Of a stretch of DNA of 64,000 nucleotides, positions 19,943 to 29,790 are shown piece after piece. This DNA is from Actinomycetota bacterium (lineage in GTDB: Bacteria; Actinomycetota; Acidimicrobiia; Spongiisociales; UBA11373): the NCBI GenBank assembly GCA_043810615.1, contig JBDROA010000092.1, positions 3,235-67,234 of the forward strand, read 5' to 3'. The position numbers and the translations under genes were made by a program. The notes under the pieces were generated by a model. It saw nothing but the letters and a program-made list of their open reading frames with translations, ran no database searches and was not told the DNA's origin. Within the stretch, counting starts at the first letter, position 1, and the number at the start of each line of letters is the position of its first letter.

Positions 19943-20090
19943 GGAAGGCACGCAGGGCGTCGCCACCCCGCGCGGGGTCGGGGGAGAACTGGCGGGGCAA
20001 ATCGACGACCTCCTCGATGAGATCGATTCGGTGCTCGAGGAGAACGCCGAGGAGTTCGTCAGGAACTACGTGCAGAAGGGGGGCCAGTGA
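19896..20090 (+). CDS. pup: Prokaryotic ubiquitin-like protein Pup
   Basis: 64 aa, disordered and acidic, ends ...YVQKGGQ (GGQ C-terminus requiring Dop deamidation). Starts inside the 3' end of dop. Confidence 0.9.
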   Translation: MAEQERKQRRRSGPSEEGTQGVATPRGVGGELAGQIDDLLDEIDSVLEENAEEFVRNYVQKGGQ

Positions 20091-20881
20091 CCGAGGCGCG
20101 GGCCGGGGGCCTGCCCTGGGACGCGGTCGTCCCGGCGGCGAGCTTCACCGCCCTGTTGCGCTCCCGCGGTTTGGAGCCGCGCTGGACCCTTCCCGCCGAA
20201 GCCGCCGCCCTGGAGGCGCCTGAAGGCACCACGGTGCTTGCCTTCCGTTACGCCGACGGGGTGCTCATGGCCGGGGACCGGCGGGCCACCGCCGGCAACG
20301 TGATCGCGCACCGCAACCTCCAGAAGGTCTTCCCGGCCGACGGCCTGTCGGCCGTGGCCATCTCCGGCACCGCCGGTATCGCCATCGAGCTCATCCGCCT
20401 CTTCCAGACCGAACTGGAGCACTACGAGAAGCTCGAAGGCAGCCGCCTGAGCCTCGAGGGCAAGGCCAACCACCTGGCCGCAATGGTCCGGGCCCAGCTT
20501 CCCATGGCCTTCCAGGGCCTGATGGTGGTGCCCGTGTTCTGCGGCTTCGACGAGGGCGCCGGGCGGGGCCGGCTGTACAGCTACGACGTCGTCGGGGGCC
20601 GCTACGAGGAGACCGACTTCACCGCCACCGGATCCGGTGGGCCGTACGCCAAGGCCCACCTGCGCGGCGCCTTCCGGGAAGGGCTCGGAGAGGACGACGC
20701 CCTGCGGGTGGCGGTCGAGGCGCTCGTGGCCGCCGCCGAAGAGGACTCGGCCACCGGGGGCCCCGACCTGCAGCGGGGCATCTACCCCAACGTGGTGGTG
20801 ATCACGGCGGAGGGATACCGGGAGGTGGCCGAGGACCGGGTGGCCGATGCCGCCCGTCGGGCGATGGGAGAGGTGCGATGA
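20087..20881 (+). CDS. prcB: 20S proteasome beta subunit
   Basis: Propeptide followed by GTTVLAFRYADGVLMAGDRR (active-site Thr). GTGA overlap with pup. Confidence 0.9.
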   Translation: MTEARAGGLPWDAVVPAASFTALLRSRGLEPRWTLPAEAAALEAPEGTTVLAFRYADGVLMAGDRRATAGNVIAHRNLQKVFPADGLSAVAISGTAGIAIELIRLFQTELEHYEKLEGSRLSLEGKANHLAAMVRAQLPMAFQGLMVVPVFCGFDEGAGRGRLYSYDVVGGRYEETDFTATGSGGPYAKAHLRGAFREGLGEDDALRVAVEALVAAAEEDSATGGPDLQRGIYPNVVVITAEGYREVAEDRVADAARRAMGEVR

Positions 20882-21552
20882 CCGTCCCGTTCTACGTCCC
20901 GCCCGAGCAGCTCATGAAGGACCGGGCGGAGTACGCCCGCAAAGGCATCGCCCGTGGCAAGTCGATCGCGGCGGTGGAGTACGCCGACGGCATTCTGCTG
21001 GTGGCGGAGAACCCCAGCGGCACTTTGCACAAGATCAGCGAGATCTACGACCGCATCGCCTTCGCCGGGGTGGGCAAGTACAGCGAGTTTGAGACGCTGC
21101 GGGTGGCCGGCATTCGCCACGCCGACCTCAAGGGGTTCTCCTACGCCCGCAGCGACGTCACCGCGAAGTCGCTGGCCAACGCCTATTGCCACGCCCTGGG
21201 CCAGATCTTCACGCAGGAAGTGAAGCCCTACGAGGTGGGAATAATGGTGGCCGAGGTGGGTGACTGCAGCGATGCCAATCTGCTCTTCAAGTTGACCTAC
21301 GACGGCACCCTGAGCGCCGAGGACGACGTGGCGGCCATCGGCGGCCAGGAGGAGCAGCTCACCGCCCACCTGCGGCAGAGCTTCCGGCCCGACGCCACGC
21401 TCACCGAGGCGGTGCAGTGGGCGATCGCCGCCTTCCAGACGGCGAGCTCCCGCACCTTCCAGCCGAACGAGTGGGAGGCGGCGGTGGTCGATCGGCGGCT
21501 GGGGCGGCGCTCCTTCCGGCGGCTGGCCGCCGAGGAGATGGCCGGCCTCTAG
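20878..21552 (+). CDS. prcA: 20S proteasome alpha subunit
   Basis: [29 protein letters not shown]... 224 aa. ATGA overlap with prcB. Confidence 0.9.
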   Translation: MTVPFYVPPEQLMKDRAEYARKGIARGKSIAAVEYADGILLVAENPSGTLHKISEIYDRIAFAGVGKYSEFETLRVAGIRHADLKGFSYARSDVTAKSLANAYCHALGQIFTQEVKPYEVGIMVAEVGDCSDANLLFKLTYDGTLSAEDDVAAIGGQEEQLTAHLRQSFRPDATLTEAVQWAIAAFQTASSRTFQPNEWEAAVVDRRLGRRSFRRLAAEEMAGL

Positions 21553-21923
21553 GCCAGCCGGCTCAGCAGGCGCCAAACCAGCACGGCGAGCATCCCCAGG
21601 GCGACGGCCGCCCACCAGGTTCGCATCCCCGCCCCGGAACCTGCCGCACCCGCGGGCTCGGCTCCTCCCCGAGGGGCGGTGTCGACTTCGCCGGGGACCG
21701 TGGCCTCCTCCAGGAGGCTCCGGGCATCATCGAGCTGGGCCGCGGGCACCCAGACCTCTGTGGCGGCCATCTCGCCGATGGTGAGCCGGTAGGGCCCGAG
21801 CGACTCGCCCCGCAGACGGGACTCGATGCCGGCCGAACGCAGCAGGGCGGCGCAGAGGTCGGCCGCCGCCGGGTCGGGCAGGGTGGCAAGGCGCACGAAG
21901 GGAGCGGGGGCCCGCGAGGTCAT
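21549..21923 (-). CDS. DUF2007-like small protein with C-terminal TM helix
   Basis: 124 aa from ATG 21923 ([37 protein letters not shown]...). C-terminal [20 protein letters not shown] helix. Antisense between prcA and pafA. Confidence 0.5.
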   Translation of the reverse strand: MTSRAPAPFVRLATLPDPAAADLCAALLRSAGIESRLRGESLGPYRLTIGEMAATEVWVPAAQLDDARSLLEEATVPGEVDTAPRGGAEPAGAAGSGAGMRTWWAAVALGMLAVLVWRLLSRLA

Positions 21924-21989
21924 CCCCGGGCATGGTATCGACCGGCCGGGCGTAGCCGGGAGCAACCCCGGCGGGGTACGCTGCCCGCC

Positions 21990-23345
21990 GTGGAGCGCCG
22001 CATCGTCGGGATGGAGAACGAGTACGGAGTGACCTGCACCCTGCACGGGCAGCGTCGGCTCTCGCCCGACGAGGTGGCCCGCTACTTGTTCCGCCGGGTG
22101 GTGTCGTGGGGCCGCTCGTCGAACGTCTTCCTGGAGAACGGGGCGCGCCTGTACCTGGATGTGGGGAGCCACCCGGAGTACGCCACCCCCGAGTGCGACA
22201 GCCTCTACGAGTTGGTGGCCCACGACAAGGCCGGCGAGCGAGTGCTCGAGGGCCTGCTGCACTCCGCCGAAGGGCGCCTCGAAGAAGAAGGCATCCGGGG
22301 ACAGGTGCACCTCTTCAAGAACAACACCGATTCGGCCGGCAACTCCTACGGGTGCCACGAGAACTACCTGGTGGCCCGCCAAGGCGACTTCCAGCAGATG
22401 CTCGACACGCTGATCCCGTTCTTCGTCAGCCGCCAGGTGTTCGCCGGCTCGGGCAAGGTGCTGCACACCTCCCGCGGCGCGGTGTTCTGCCTGGCGCAGC
22501 GGGCCGAGCACATCTGGGAGGGGGTTTCCTCGGCCACCACCCGCAGCCGGCCCCTCATCAACACGCGCGACGAGCCACACGCCGACGCCGAGCGCTACCG
22601 GCGGCTGCACGTGATCGCCGGCGACTCCAACATGAGCGAGTACGCCACCTACGCCAAGGTGGGGAGCACCCTCGCCCTGCTCCAGATGCTCGAAGAGGGG
22701 GTCGTCTTCCGCGACCTGAGCCTGGAGAACCCCATCCGGGCGCTGCGAGAGATTAGCCGCGACCTCAGTTGCCGGCGGCGGGTCCGCCTGGCCAACGGGC
22801 GGGAGCTATCGGCGCTGGACATCCAATGGGAGTACCTGGAACGGGTGCTGCGCTACTCCCGCGCCCATCCCTTCCCGCCCCAGGTCGAATCGGCGGTGGG
22901 GATGTGGGAGCACCTGCTCACCGGGCTGGAGAAGGACCCACTCTCGCTGCGCCGGGAGTGCGACTGGGTGGCGAAGTACCACCTGGTCGAGGACTACCGC
23001 GCCCGGCGCCGACTGGAACTGGGCGACGCCCGGGTGGCCCTCCTCGACCTGGCCTACCACGACGTGACCCGGGAGCGGGGCCTCTATTACCTGCTGGAGC
23101 GGCGCGGGATGGTGGATCGGGTGGTCACCGACGAGGACGTCGGGCGCGCTCTGCTCAACCCGCCCCAGACCACTCGGGCCCGGCTGCGCGGCGAGTTCAT
23201 CAAGGCGGCCAAGGCCGGCCAGCGCGACTTCACGGTGGACTGGGTGCACCTCAAGCTGAACGACCAGGCGCAGCGCACCGTGCTGTGCAAGGACACCTTC
23301 CGGGCCTTCGACGAGCGGGTAGACCGCCTCATCGCCGGGCTCTGA
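21990..23345 (+). CDS. pafA: Pup--protein ligase
   Basis: GTG 21990 gives [47 protein letters not shown]..., co-linear with the mycobacterial PafA N-terminus; 451 aa. The 190-aa upstream ORF extension overlapping prcA was rejected. Confidence 0.85.
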   Translation: MERRIVGMENEYGVTCTLHGQRRLSPDEVARYLFRRVVSWGRSSNVFLENGARLYLDVGSHPEYATPECDSLYELVAHDKAGERVLEGLLHSAEGRLEEEGIRGQVHLFKNNTDSAGNSYGCHENYLVARQGDFQQMLDTLIPFFVSRQVFAGSGKVLHTSRGAVFCLAQRAEHIWEGVSSATTRSRPLINTRDEPHADAERYRRLHVIAGDSNMSEYATYAKVGSTLALLQMLEEGVVFRDLSLENPIRALREISRDLSCRRRVRLANGRELSALDIQWEYLERVLRYSRAHPFPPQVESAVGMWEHLLTGLEKDPLSLRRECDWVAKYHLVEDYRARRRLELGDARVALLDLAYHDVTRERGLYYLLERRGMVDRVVTDEDVGRALLNPPQTTRARLRGEFIKAAKAGQRDFTVDWVHLKLNDQAQRTVLCKDTFRAFDERVDRLIAGL

Positions 23346-23393
23346 ATCGGGCGTGCCTTCTCGCAGGGGGCGGCAGGGGATACAGTCGGACAG

Positions 23394-24317
23394 ATGCAGC
23401 GGGTCATAGAGCGCCTCCTCAATCTGCTCGCCTTCCTCCTCAACGCCGGGCGGCCGGTGACCGCCGACGAGATCCGTCACACCGTGGCGGGGTACGGCCA
23501 GGAGGGGGACGAGGCCTTCCGGCGCACCTTCGAGCGCGACAAGGACCTGCTGCGCCAGTTGGGCATACCGCTGCGGCTGGCCCCCACCGACGCCTGGGAG
23601 GTGGAACAGGGCTATGTGGTGCGGGGCGAGGAGTACGCCTTGCCCGACCCGGGGCTCAGCGACGAGGAGCGGACCGCCCTTTGGCTGGCGGCCCAGGTGG
23701 TGCGGGTCGGCGGACAGGCTCCGGACCCGGCCGTCCTCTTCAAGCTGGGCGGGGCTCCCCCCGCCTTCACCGGAGCCACCCTGGGGGCCGACATCGGCGC
23801 GGTCTCGGACGACCTGGCGGAGTTGTTCGCCGCGGTGACCGAGGCCCGGCTCGTCTCGTTCACCTACAAGGGGAAGGAGCGCCGGGTGCGCCCCTACGGC
23901 CTGGTGCATCGGCGCGGGCACTGGTACCTGGTCGGGCCGCAGGCGGGCGAGAAGGAGGGTCGGGCCTTTCGCATCGACCGCCTCAGCGGCCTCGCGGTGG
24001 GCTCACGGCCGGGGGCCTTTTCCCGCCCGAAGGGCTTTCGCGCCGCCGACGCCGTGCCCGCCGTTCCTTGGGAGGCGGGGGAGGCCGGCATCGAAGTCGC
24101 CGTTCGCTTCGACCCCGCGGTCGCCTGGTGGGCCGGGCGCCAACTGACGGGGGACGCCGTGGTGGAGGAGGAGGCCGGCGGAGGCCTTCTCGCCCGCTTC
24201 TCGGTGGCGGCGCTGGATCCCTTCATCGGGTGGATGGTGGGGTTCGAGGACGCGGCCGAGGTGCTTTCCCCTCCCGAAGTGCGGCGGGCCCTCCTGGCCC
24301 ACGTGGGTGAATCGTGA
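23394..24317 (+). CDS. pafB: Proteasome accessory factor B (HTH + WYL domain transcriptional regulator)
   Basis: N-terminal wHTH (MQRVIERLLNLLAFLLNAGRPVTADEIRHTV), central WYL region; immediately downstream of pafA. Confidence 0.8.
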   Translation: MQRVIERLLNLLAFLLNAGRPVTADEIRHTVAGYGQEGDEAFRRTFERDKDLLRQLGIPLRLAPTDAWEVEQGYVVRGEEYALPDPGLSDEERTALWLAAQVVRVGGQAPDPAVLFKLGGAPPAFTGATLGADIGAVSDDLAELFAAVTEARLVSFTYKGKERRVRPYGLVHRRGHWYLVGPQAGEKEGRAFRIDRLSGLAVGSRPGAFSRPKGFRAADAVPAVPWEAGEAGIEVAVRFDPAVAWWAGRQLTGDAVVEEEAGGGLLARFSVAALDPFIGWMVGFEDAAEVLSPPEVRRALLAHVGES

Positions 24318-25246
24318 GCCGCGAGCGCACCGCCGCCCGTCTCTCGCGCTTGCTGGGCATGCTCCCCTGGGTCATCGGCCATCCCGGGGCCGAGGTTGGC
24401 GAGGTGTGCTCTCGCTTCGGGTACAGCCGGGCCGAACTGGCCCGCGACCTGGCCGCGGTCTTCGTGAGCGGTCTTCCCGGCTACGGGCCCGGCGACCTCA
24501 TGGTGGCCTACCTCGACGGCGACGAAGTGGTGGTCGATCTCGCCGACTACTTCGCCCGCCCGGTACGCCTCACCGCCGGCGAGGGCCTGGCCCTGCTGGC
24601 CGCCGGCATGGCGCTGGCTTCTTCGGGGGCCGCCCCGGAGGCGCTGAGCACCGCCGTCTCCAAACTCGCCGCGGTGCTCGTCCCCGACGACGGCACCCTG
24701 GCGGTGGGGCTGCCCGCTCCCCCGGAGGTGGTCGCCACCCTCGGCCGGGCTGCTGCCGGCGGCGAGGTGGTCCGGCTCACCTACACCTCTCTGGGGCGGG
24801 GGAAGACCACGATGCGGCAGGTGGAACCGTGGCGGGTGTTCTCCACCCTCGGCAACTGGTACCTGAGCGGGCACTGCCGCCTGGCCGAAGGAGAGCGGGT
24901 CTTCCGCGTCGATCGCATCCGCGAGGCGTCGCTCACCGGGGAGCGGTTCACCCCCCCGGCCGAGTCGCCGCCGGCCGAAGTGCGCTACGCCCCGGCCGCA
25001 GACGACGTGTCGGCGCTGATCCGCCTCGGGCCGGGCGCGGAGTGGGTGGCGGACTACTACCCGGTCGAGGTGGTACGGCGCGAGGGGGACCGCGCGGTGG
25101 TGCGGTTCAGCGCCTCGGACCCGGCGGTCACGGCGCGGCTCCTCGTCCGCCTGGGGGGGATGGCCGACTTGCTGGAGGGTCCCGAAGTGGCTGCGGCGGC
25201 AGCCGACCTGCGGGCCCGAATCCGACGGCGCTACCGCACTGCCTAG
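24314..25246 (+). CDS. pafC: Proteasome accessory factor C (HTH + WYL domain)
   Basis: GTGA overlap with pafB. MSRERTAARLSRLLGMLPWV... Paralogous architecture to PafB. Confidence 0.8.
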   Translation: MSRERTAARLSRLLGMLPWVIGHPGAEVGEVCSRFGYSRAELARDLAAVFVSGLPGYGPGDLMVAYLDGDEVVVDLADYFARPVRLTAGEGLALLAAGMALASSGAAPEALSTAVSKLAAVLVPDDGTLAVGLPAPPEVVATLGRAAAGGEVVRLTYTSLGRGKTTMRQVEPWRVFSTLGNWYLSGHCRLAEGERVFRVDRIREASLTGERFTPPAESPPAEVRYAPAADDVSALIRLGPGAEWVADYYPVEVVRREGDRAVVRFSASDPAVTARLLVRLGGMADLLEGPEVAAAAADLRARIRRRYRTA

Positions 25247-25345
25247 CCCGATGTGACTATCCCGGCAATGGTCATTCAGGCCCCACTCAGGGTCTCCGAT
25301 AAGCGCGACGAAGCGAGCCTACCGAGGCCCGGGAGAGTCGCCTAG

Positions 25346-25636
25346 ATGACCACCATCCGCACGTCCTGCCCGCTCTGCGGCGATGTAGAACTGGCTCCCG
25401 TCGATCTGACGTTGCGCCTCACCCCTTGCCGGGGCACCGGGACGTACCAGTTCCGCTGCCCCCATTGCGAGCGGCTGCAACAGCGCCCGGCCAACCATCG
25501 CGTGGTCAGCATCCTGCTGGCCACGGGGGTGGCCTACGAGGTGGTGGACGATGCCGCCCCCATCAGCGAGCAGGAGATCAGCGAGTTCATGAGCGGCCTC
25601 GACCGGGAGAACTGGCGGGAGCACCTGCCCTCCTGA
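25346..25636 (+). CDS. Cys4 zinc-ribbon small protein (96 aa), uncharacterised
   Basis: SCPLCGDVELAPVD...RCPHCERLQ, i.e. CxxC-N27-CxxC. RBS GGGAGAG 8 nt upstream. Sits between pafC and helY. Confidence 0.55.
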   Translation: MTTIRTSCPLCGDVELAPVDLTLRLTPCRGTGTYQFRCPHCERLQQRPANHRVVSILLATGVAYEVVDDAAPISEQEISEFMSGLDRENWREHLPS

Positions 25637-25762
25637 GCGGGCCGCACGCGAGCGGCAAGAGGCGGCCTCGCGGCCGTCTCTTGCGTCTTCAGGGTCGTCG
25701 GGCGGTTCCTACCATGGCCCGGTGAGCGCTCTCCCGCCCCGCACGGCCCCTCAGGAGCCCCG

Positions 25763-28294
25763 GTGACCGCCGCCGGCTACCTGGCAGGGCTGGAATTCCC
25801 CCCCGACCTCTTCCAGGCCGAGGCCGCCGCCGCGATCGACCGTGGGGAGACTGTGGTCGTGTGTGCCCCCACGGGTTCGGGGAAGACGGCGGTCGCTGAG
25901 GCGGCGGTGGCCCGGGCCCTCAGCCGCGGGGAGCGGGCGCTGTACACCACCCCGCTGAAGGCCCTCTCCAACCAGAAGTTCGGGGACTTCCGGGGACGCC
26001 TCGGGTCCGAGGCCGTGGGCCTGCTCACCGGGGACAACTCCATCAACGGGCGGGCGCCGGTAGTGGTGATGACCACCGAGGTGCTGCGCAACATGATGTA
26101 CGCCGCCAGCCCCGACCTCGCGGACGTCGGGGTGGTGGTGCTCGACGAGGTGCACTACCTGCAGGATCGCTCCCGCGGTCCGGTCTGGGGGGAGATCATC
26201 ATCCACCTCGACCCGGCGATCCGCCTGGTGTGCCTGTCGGCCACCGTGGCCAATGCCGGGGAGTTCGCCGCCTGGATTGAGGCTCGCCGGGGCCCCACCG
26301 CGCTGGTCGTGGAGCGGCAGCGCCCCGTTCCCTTGGAGTCGGTGTACCTGCTGCGCGACCGCTGGGAGGGAGGCCGGCTGCGCCTGCTGCCGGTGTTCGA
26401 AGACGGGGACCGGCGCCGGCCCAACGGCCGCCTCGCCGCCATGCTGCGCGCCCGTGATGCCTCACACCGGCGCTACGCCACCCCCCGCCGGACCGAGACC
26501 TGCGAGCTTTTGCGCCGGGAGGGCATGCTGCCGGCCATCTACTTCATCTTCTCGCGGGCAGGTTGCGCCGCCGCCGCGGCCGCCATGGTGGACCACGGAC
26601 TGCGGCTCACCACCGCCGAGGAGGCCGCCGCCATCCGGAGCGCGGCGGCCGAGCACACCGCCCACCTGGACCCTGGAGACCTCTCGGTCCTCGGGTACGG
26701 GAACTGGCTGACGGGCCTGGAAGCCGGCGTGGCCCCGCATCACGCGGGCCTGGTGCCCGCCTTCAAGGAGACGGTGGAACGGCTCTTCGCCGCCGGCCTG
26801 GTCAAGCTGGTGTTCGCCACCGAAACCCTCTCTCTGGGGATCAACATGCCGGCCCGGGCAGTGGTGTTGGAGAGCCTGACCAAGTTTGGGGGAGAGGGCC
26901 ACGAGCTGTTGCAGGCCGGCGACTACACCCAGCTCACCGGCCGGGCGGGTCGCCGCGGTATCGATCGGTTGGGTACCGCGGTGGTGCTGCACTCGCCGTA
27001 CCTGCCCTTTGAGCGGGTGGCGGCGATTGCCGCCACCGGCTCGCACCCGCTCCGCTCATCGTTCCGGCCCACCTACAACATGGCGGCCAATCTGGTGGCG
27101 GTCTACCCGCGGGAGCGGGCCGAGAAGCTGCTCAACGCCTCCTTCGCTCAGTTCCACGACGAGCGCGGCAACGCCGACCTGGCCGCCACGATCGAGGAGG
27201 AGGAGCGGGCCCTGGCCGCCGACCGGGCCGCGGCCGCCTGCGAGTGGGGCGACATCTGGGCGCTGGCGGCCGAGGCCCCGCGCGTTCGGGACGACGTCAT
27301 GAGGAAGTTCGCCGCTTCCACCGCGGCGGGGGACGTGCTGGAGTGGCCCGGCGCCGGGGGTCGGGAGCGCCGGGTGGTGGTCGCCCGGGGGCACGGGAAG
27401 CGGCCCCGGCTGCTGACGGTGGGCGAGGACGGGGCCCTGCAGCGTCTCGAACCGGAGCAGCTGCCGCCCACGGCGACGGTTGCCGGACGACTGGCGCTGC
27501 CCGAGCCCTACCAACCCCGTGAGCCGGACTACCGCCGGGGGGTGGCCGCGCTGCTCCGCGAGTGGCAGACGGACGAAGCGGCGCGACCCGCCTATGCCAT
27601 CGCCGCGGGCGAGCCCACCGGGGCGGCCGCCTGCCCCGACCTCGGCAGCCACCTGGCCGGAGCGCGGGCCGCTCTCCGCCGAGAGCGACGGCTCGAGGGC
27701 CTTCGCCGCCGGCAACGAGTGGCCGGGGCCGGCATGGTTCCCCACCTTCGGGCCATCCTCGGCTTGTTGCGCCGCTGGGGCTACGCCGGGGAGTGGAGCC
27801 TGACGCCGGCGGGGGACCGGCTGCGCTTCATCTACAACGACATGGACCTGTTGGTCGCCGAGTCGCTGCAGCAAGGCTGTTTCGATGGCCTCGATCCCGC
27901 AGAGGCGGGAGCCCTGGCCTCGGTGTTCACCTACGAGCCGCGCGGCGAGGTGGCGACCGAGCCCTGGCCGACCCGCCGCCTCCGCGATCGAGCAGAGCGC
28001 ATCGTCGGGATCTGGGGGAGCCTCGCCGACGACGAGGAGGGGGCCGGGCTGGCCGCCACGCGAGCTCCCGAGGCGGGGTTCGCCGCGATCGCCTACCGTT
28101 GGGGAAGCGGGGAGGGTCTCGAGGACCTGTTCGGGGAGGAAGGGAAGGGAGTGGGCGACTTCGTGCGCAACTGCCGTCAGCTCATCGACCTGCTGCGGCA
28201 GATGGCCGACGCCGCCCCCCACCTGCGACCGGTCCTCACGGCGGCGGCCGGCGCCCTCGACCGGGGGGTGGTGGCCGCCTCGGGGGCCGTATGA
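25763..28294 (+). CDS. helY: Ski2-like DEAD/DEAH-box RNA helicase
   Basis: 843 aa. Walker A APTGSGKT, DEVH box VVLDEVHYL, helicase C motifs, C-terminal DSHCT-like region. Same position relative to paf genes as in mycobacteria. Confidence 0.85.
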   Translation: MTAAGYLAGLEFPPDLFQAEAAAAIDRGETVVVCAPTGSGKTAVAEAAVARALSRGERALYTTPLKALSNQKFGDFRGRLGSEAVGLLTGDNSINGRAPVVVMTTEVLRNMMYAASPDLADVGVVVLDEVHYLQDRSRGPVWGEIIIHLDPAIRLVCLSATVANAGEFAAWIEARRGPTALVVERQRPVPLESVYLLRDRWEGGRLRLLPVFEDGDRRRPNGRLAAMLRARDASHRRYATPRRTETCELLRREGMLPAIYFIFSRAGCAAAAAAMVDHGLRLTTAEEAAAIRSAAAEHTAHLDPGDLSVLGYGNWLTGLEAGVAPHHAGLVPAFKETVERLFAAGLVKLVFATETLSLGINMPARAVVLESLTKFGGEGHELLQAGDYTQLTGRAGRRGIDRLGTAVVLHSPYLPFERVAAIAATGSHPLRSSFRPTYNMAANLVAVYPRERAEKLLNASFAQFHDERGNADLAATIEEEERALAADRAAAACEWGDIWALAAEAPRVRDDVMRKFAASTAAGDVLEWPGAGGRERRVVVARGHGKRPRLLTVGEDGALQRLEPEQLPPTATVAGRLALPEPYQPREPDYRRGVAALLREWQTDEAARPAYAIAAGEPTGAAACPDLGSHLAGARAALRRERRLEGLRRRQRVAGAGMVPHLRAILGLLRRWGYAGEWSLTPAGDRLRFIYNDMDLLVAESLQQGCFDGLDPAEAGALASVFTYEPRGEVATEPWPTRRLRDRAERIVGIWGSLADDEEGAGLAATRAPEAGFAAIAYRWGSGEGLEDLFGEEGKGVGDFVRNCRQLIDLLRQMADAAPHLRPVLTAAAGALDRGVVAASGAV

Positions 28295-29172
28295 CCTGGT
28301 GGGTGGTGGTCAACCCGGCGGCGGGGAATCGCGAGGCCTGGGACGAACGGGTGCGCCGCTGCCTGGGAGGGCTGGGCCTCGAGGCCGAGGTGCGGACTTC
28401 GGAGTCGGCGGAGCACCTGCGGGCCCTGGTGGCCGAGGGCATTGCGGCCGGGGCCCGGCGTTTCGTGGCCGTCGGAGGGGACGGCACGGTCAGCCTGGTC
28501 GCCGACTCTCTCTTTCGCGACCCCTGGGACGAGCCGCCCACGCTGGGAATCCTGCCGGCGGGCTCCGGCTGCGACTTCGCGCGCACCTTCGGCATTCCTC
28601 AGGACCTGGAGGCGGCTGCCCGCCATCTCGCCGGGGAGGCCACCTACCTGGTGGATGTCGGAGTCGCCGAGGGGACCTGGGGGGTGCGCCGCTTTCTCAA
28701 CGTACTCGACATCGGGGTGATCGCCGCGACGGTGCACCGTGCCGAGCGGGCCACGCGCCGCCTCGGGCGGTACCGCTACAAGGCGGCCTTCTGGGCGACG
28801 CTGCCGCTGTTCCGCACCACCCGCCTGACACTCCAGATGGACCACCGCACCTTCGAGGGCAAGGCGAACACCGTCGTGCTGGCCAACGGCCAGTTCTTCG
28901 GGTTCAACATGAACGTGGCCCCGCGGGCTTCCCCGGCCGACGGCCTCCTCGACGTGCAGGTCTACACCGGTCCCAAGACGACCGCACTGGTCCTGCTGCC
29001 GAAGGTGAGCCGCGGCCGCCACCTGGCCCACCCCGCGGTGACCCGCTTTCGCTCGGGGTCCGTCGCGGTGGCCACCGAGCGGCCCTGGCCCATCGAGGTG
29101 GACGGCGACTATCTGGGTGAGACACCGGTGCGGGTGTGGCTCGAGCCGCGGGCTCTGCGCCTCAAGGTCTGA
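28291..29172 (+). CDS. Diacylglycerol/lipid kinase catalytic-domain protein (DAGK_cat, YegS/BmrU family)
   Basis: ATGA overlap with helY. VAVGGDGTV glycine-rich motif, 293 aa. The long upstream ORF extension was rejected. Confidence 0.8.
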   Translation: MTWWVVVNPAAGNREAWDERVRRCLGGLGLEAEVRTSESAEHLRALVAEGIAAGARRFVAVGGDGTVSLVADSLFRDPWDEPPTLGILPAGSGCDFARTFGIPQDLEAAARHLAGEATYLVDVGVAEGTWGVRRFLNVLDIGVIAATVHRAERATRRLGRYRYKAAFWATLPLFRTTRLTLQMDHRTFEGKANTVVLANGQFFGFNMNVAPRASPADGLLDVQVYTGPKTTALVLLPKVSRGRHLAHPAVTRFRSGSVAVATERPWPIEVDGDYLGETPVRVWLEPRALRLKV

Positions 29173-29225
29173 ACGGCCCGTCCGCCCGGCCCTATACTCC
29201 CCGCCGCCCTCGCCACAGGAGTGTC

Positions 29226-29741
29226 ATGGTGCCCCCCCGTACGCCCCCGACCGACGACTTCGCGGACGAAGAACCGGAGGAGCAGACCTGGCTCGAGGCC
29301 GAGGAAGATCCCCCCGCCGAGCAGCCCGATCCCGCGTTCGAGCCGGAACCCGAAGCGGAAGAAGAACAGGGAGAAGACGCGGTAGTGGCGTTCGCCGAAG
29401 CGGAGGTATTCGAAGAAGAGGACTTAGAGGAGGGGGAGGCCGAGCAGGCCGAGGAGGAGGGGGAGGCCGAAGAAGCCGAAGAAGCCGAAGAGGGGGAGGA
29501 AGAGGCCCTCGACGAGCTTGAAGCCGAAGAGTTGGACATGCTCACCGATGACGAGGTGGCGGAGTTGCTTCCCGTCGACGAGGTCGAGGAACTGCGCAAG
29601 CTGCGCCGAGAGGCGATCGAACTGGAGATTGAGGCCAATGCGGTGGCCGAGGACGAGTTCGTGTGCAGCAACTGCTTTCTGGTGAAGCGCACAACCCAAC
29701 TGGCGGACAAGCGCAAGACGCTGTGTCGCGACTGCATCTGA
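29226..29741 (+). CDS. DUF4193-family acidic protein with C-terminal CxxC...CxxC
   Basis: Extremely Glu/Asp-rich, ending ...FVCSNCFLVKRTTQLADKRKTLCRDCI, which resembles the actinobacterial DUF4193 C-terminus. RBS CAGGAG, TATACT -10-like upstream. Family assignment from memory. Confidence 0.6.
   Translation: MVPPRTPPTDDFADEEPEEQTWLEAEEDPPAEQPDPAFEPEPEAEEEQGEDAVVAFAEAEVFEEEDLEEGEAEQAEEEGEAEEAEEAEEGEEEALDELEAEELDMLTDDEVAELLPVDEVEELRKLRREAIELEIEANAVAEDEFVCSNCFLVKRTTQLADKRKTLCRDCI
29411..29508 (+). repeat. Coding simple-sequence repeat (GAAGAAGCC / GAGGAGG units) encoding an E/A-rich acidic tract
   Basis: gaagccgaagaagccgaagaagccgaagag plus several gaggagg(g) units inside the DUF4193 gene. Confidence 0.5.
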
Positions 29742-29790
29742 CCGCTCGAAGGCCGGGAGAAGACACGCCCCAGTCGGGGCGTGGCCGGGC

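Noticed and set aside
21417-21989. 190-aa N-terminal extension of the pafA ORF overlapping prcA
   Set aside because: PafA homology begins at GTG 21990 ([14 protein letters not shown], co-linear with mycobacterial MQRRIMGIETEFGV). The extension overlaps prcA and the DUF2007-like gene.
27562-28290. Upstream 243 codons of the 536-aa ORF containing the lipid kinase
   Set aside because: This part overlaps the 3' third of helY in another frame and is Arg/Gly-rich. The kinase domain starts at ATG 28291, coupled to the helY stop.
29411-29508. Tandem GAAGAAGCC / GAGGAGG units considered as a possible CRISPR-like or non-coding repeat
   Set aside because: The units are only 7-9 nt with no spacers. They are in frame within a gene and encode an acidic E/A tract. 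No CRISPR array was seen anywhere in the window.
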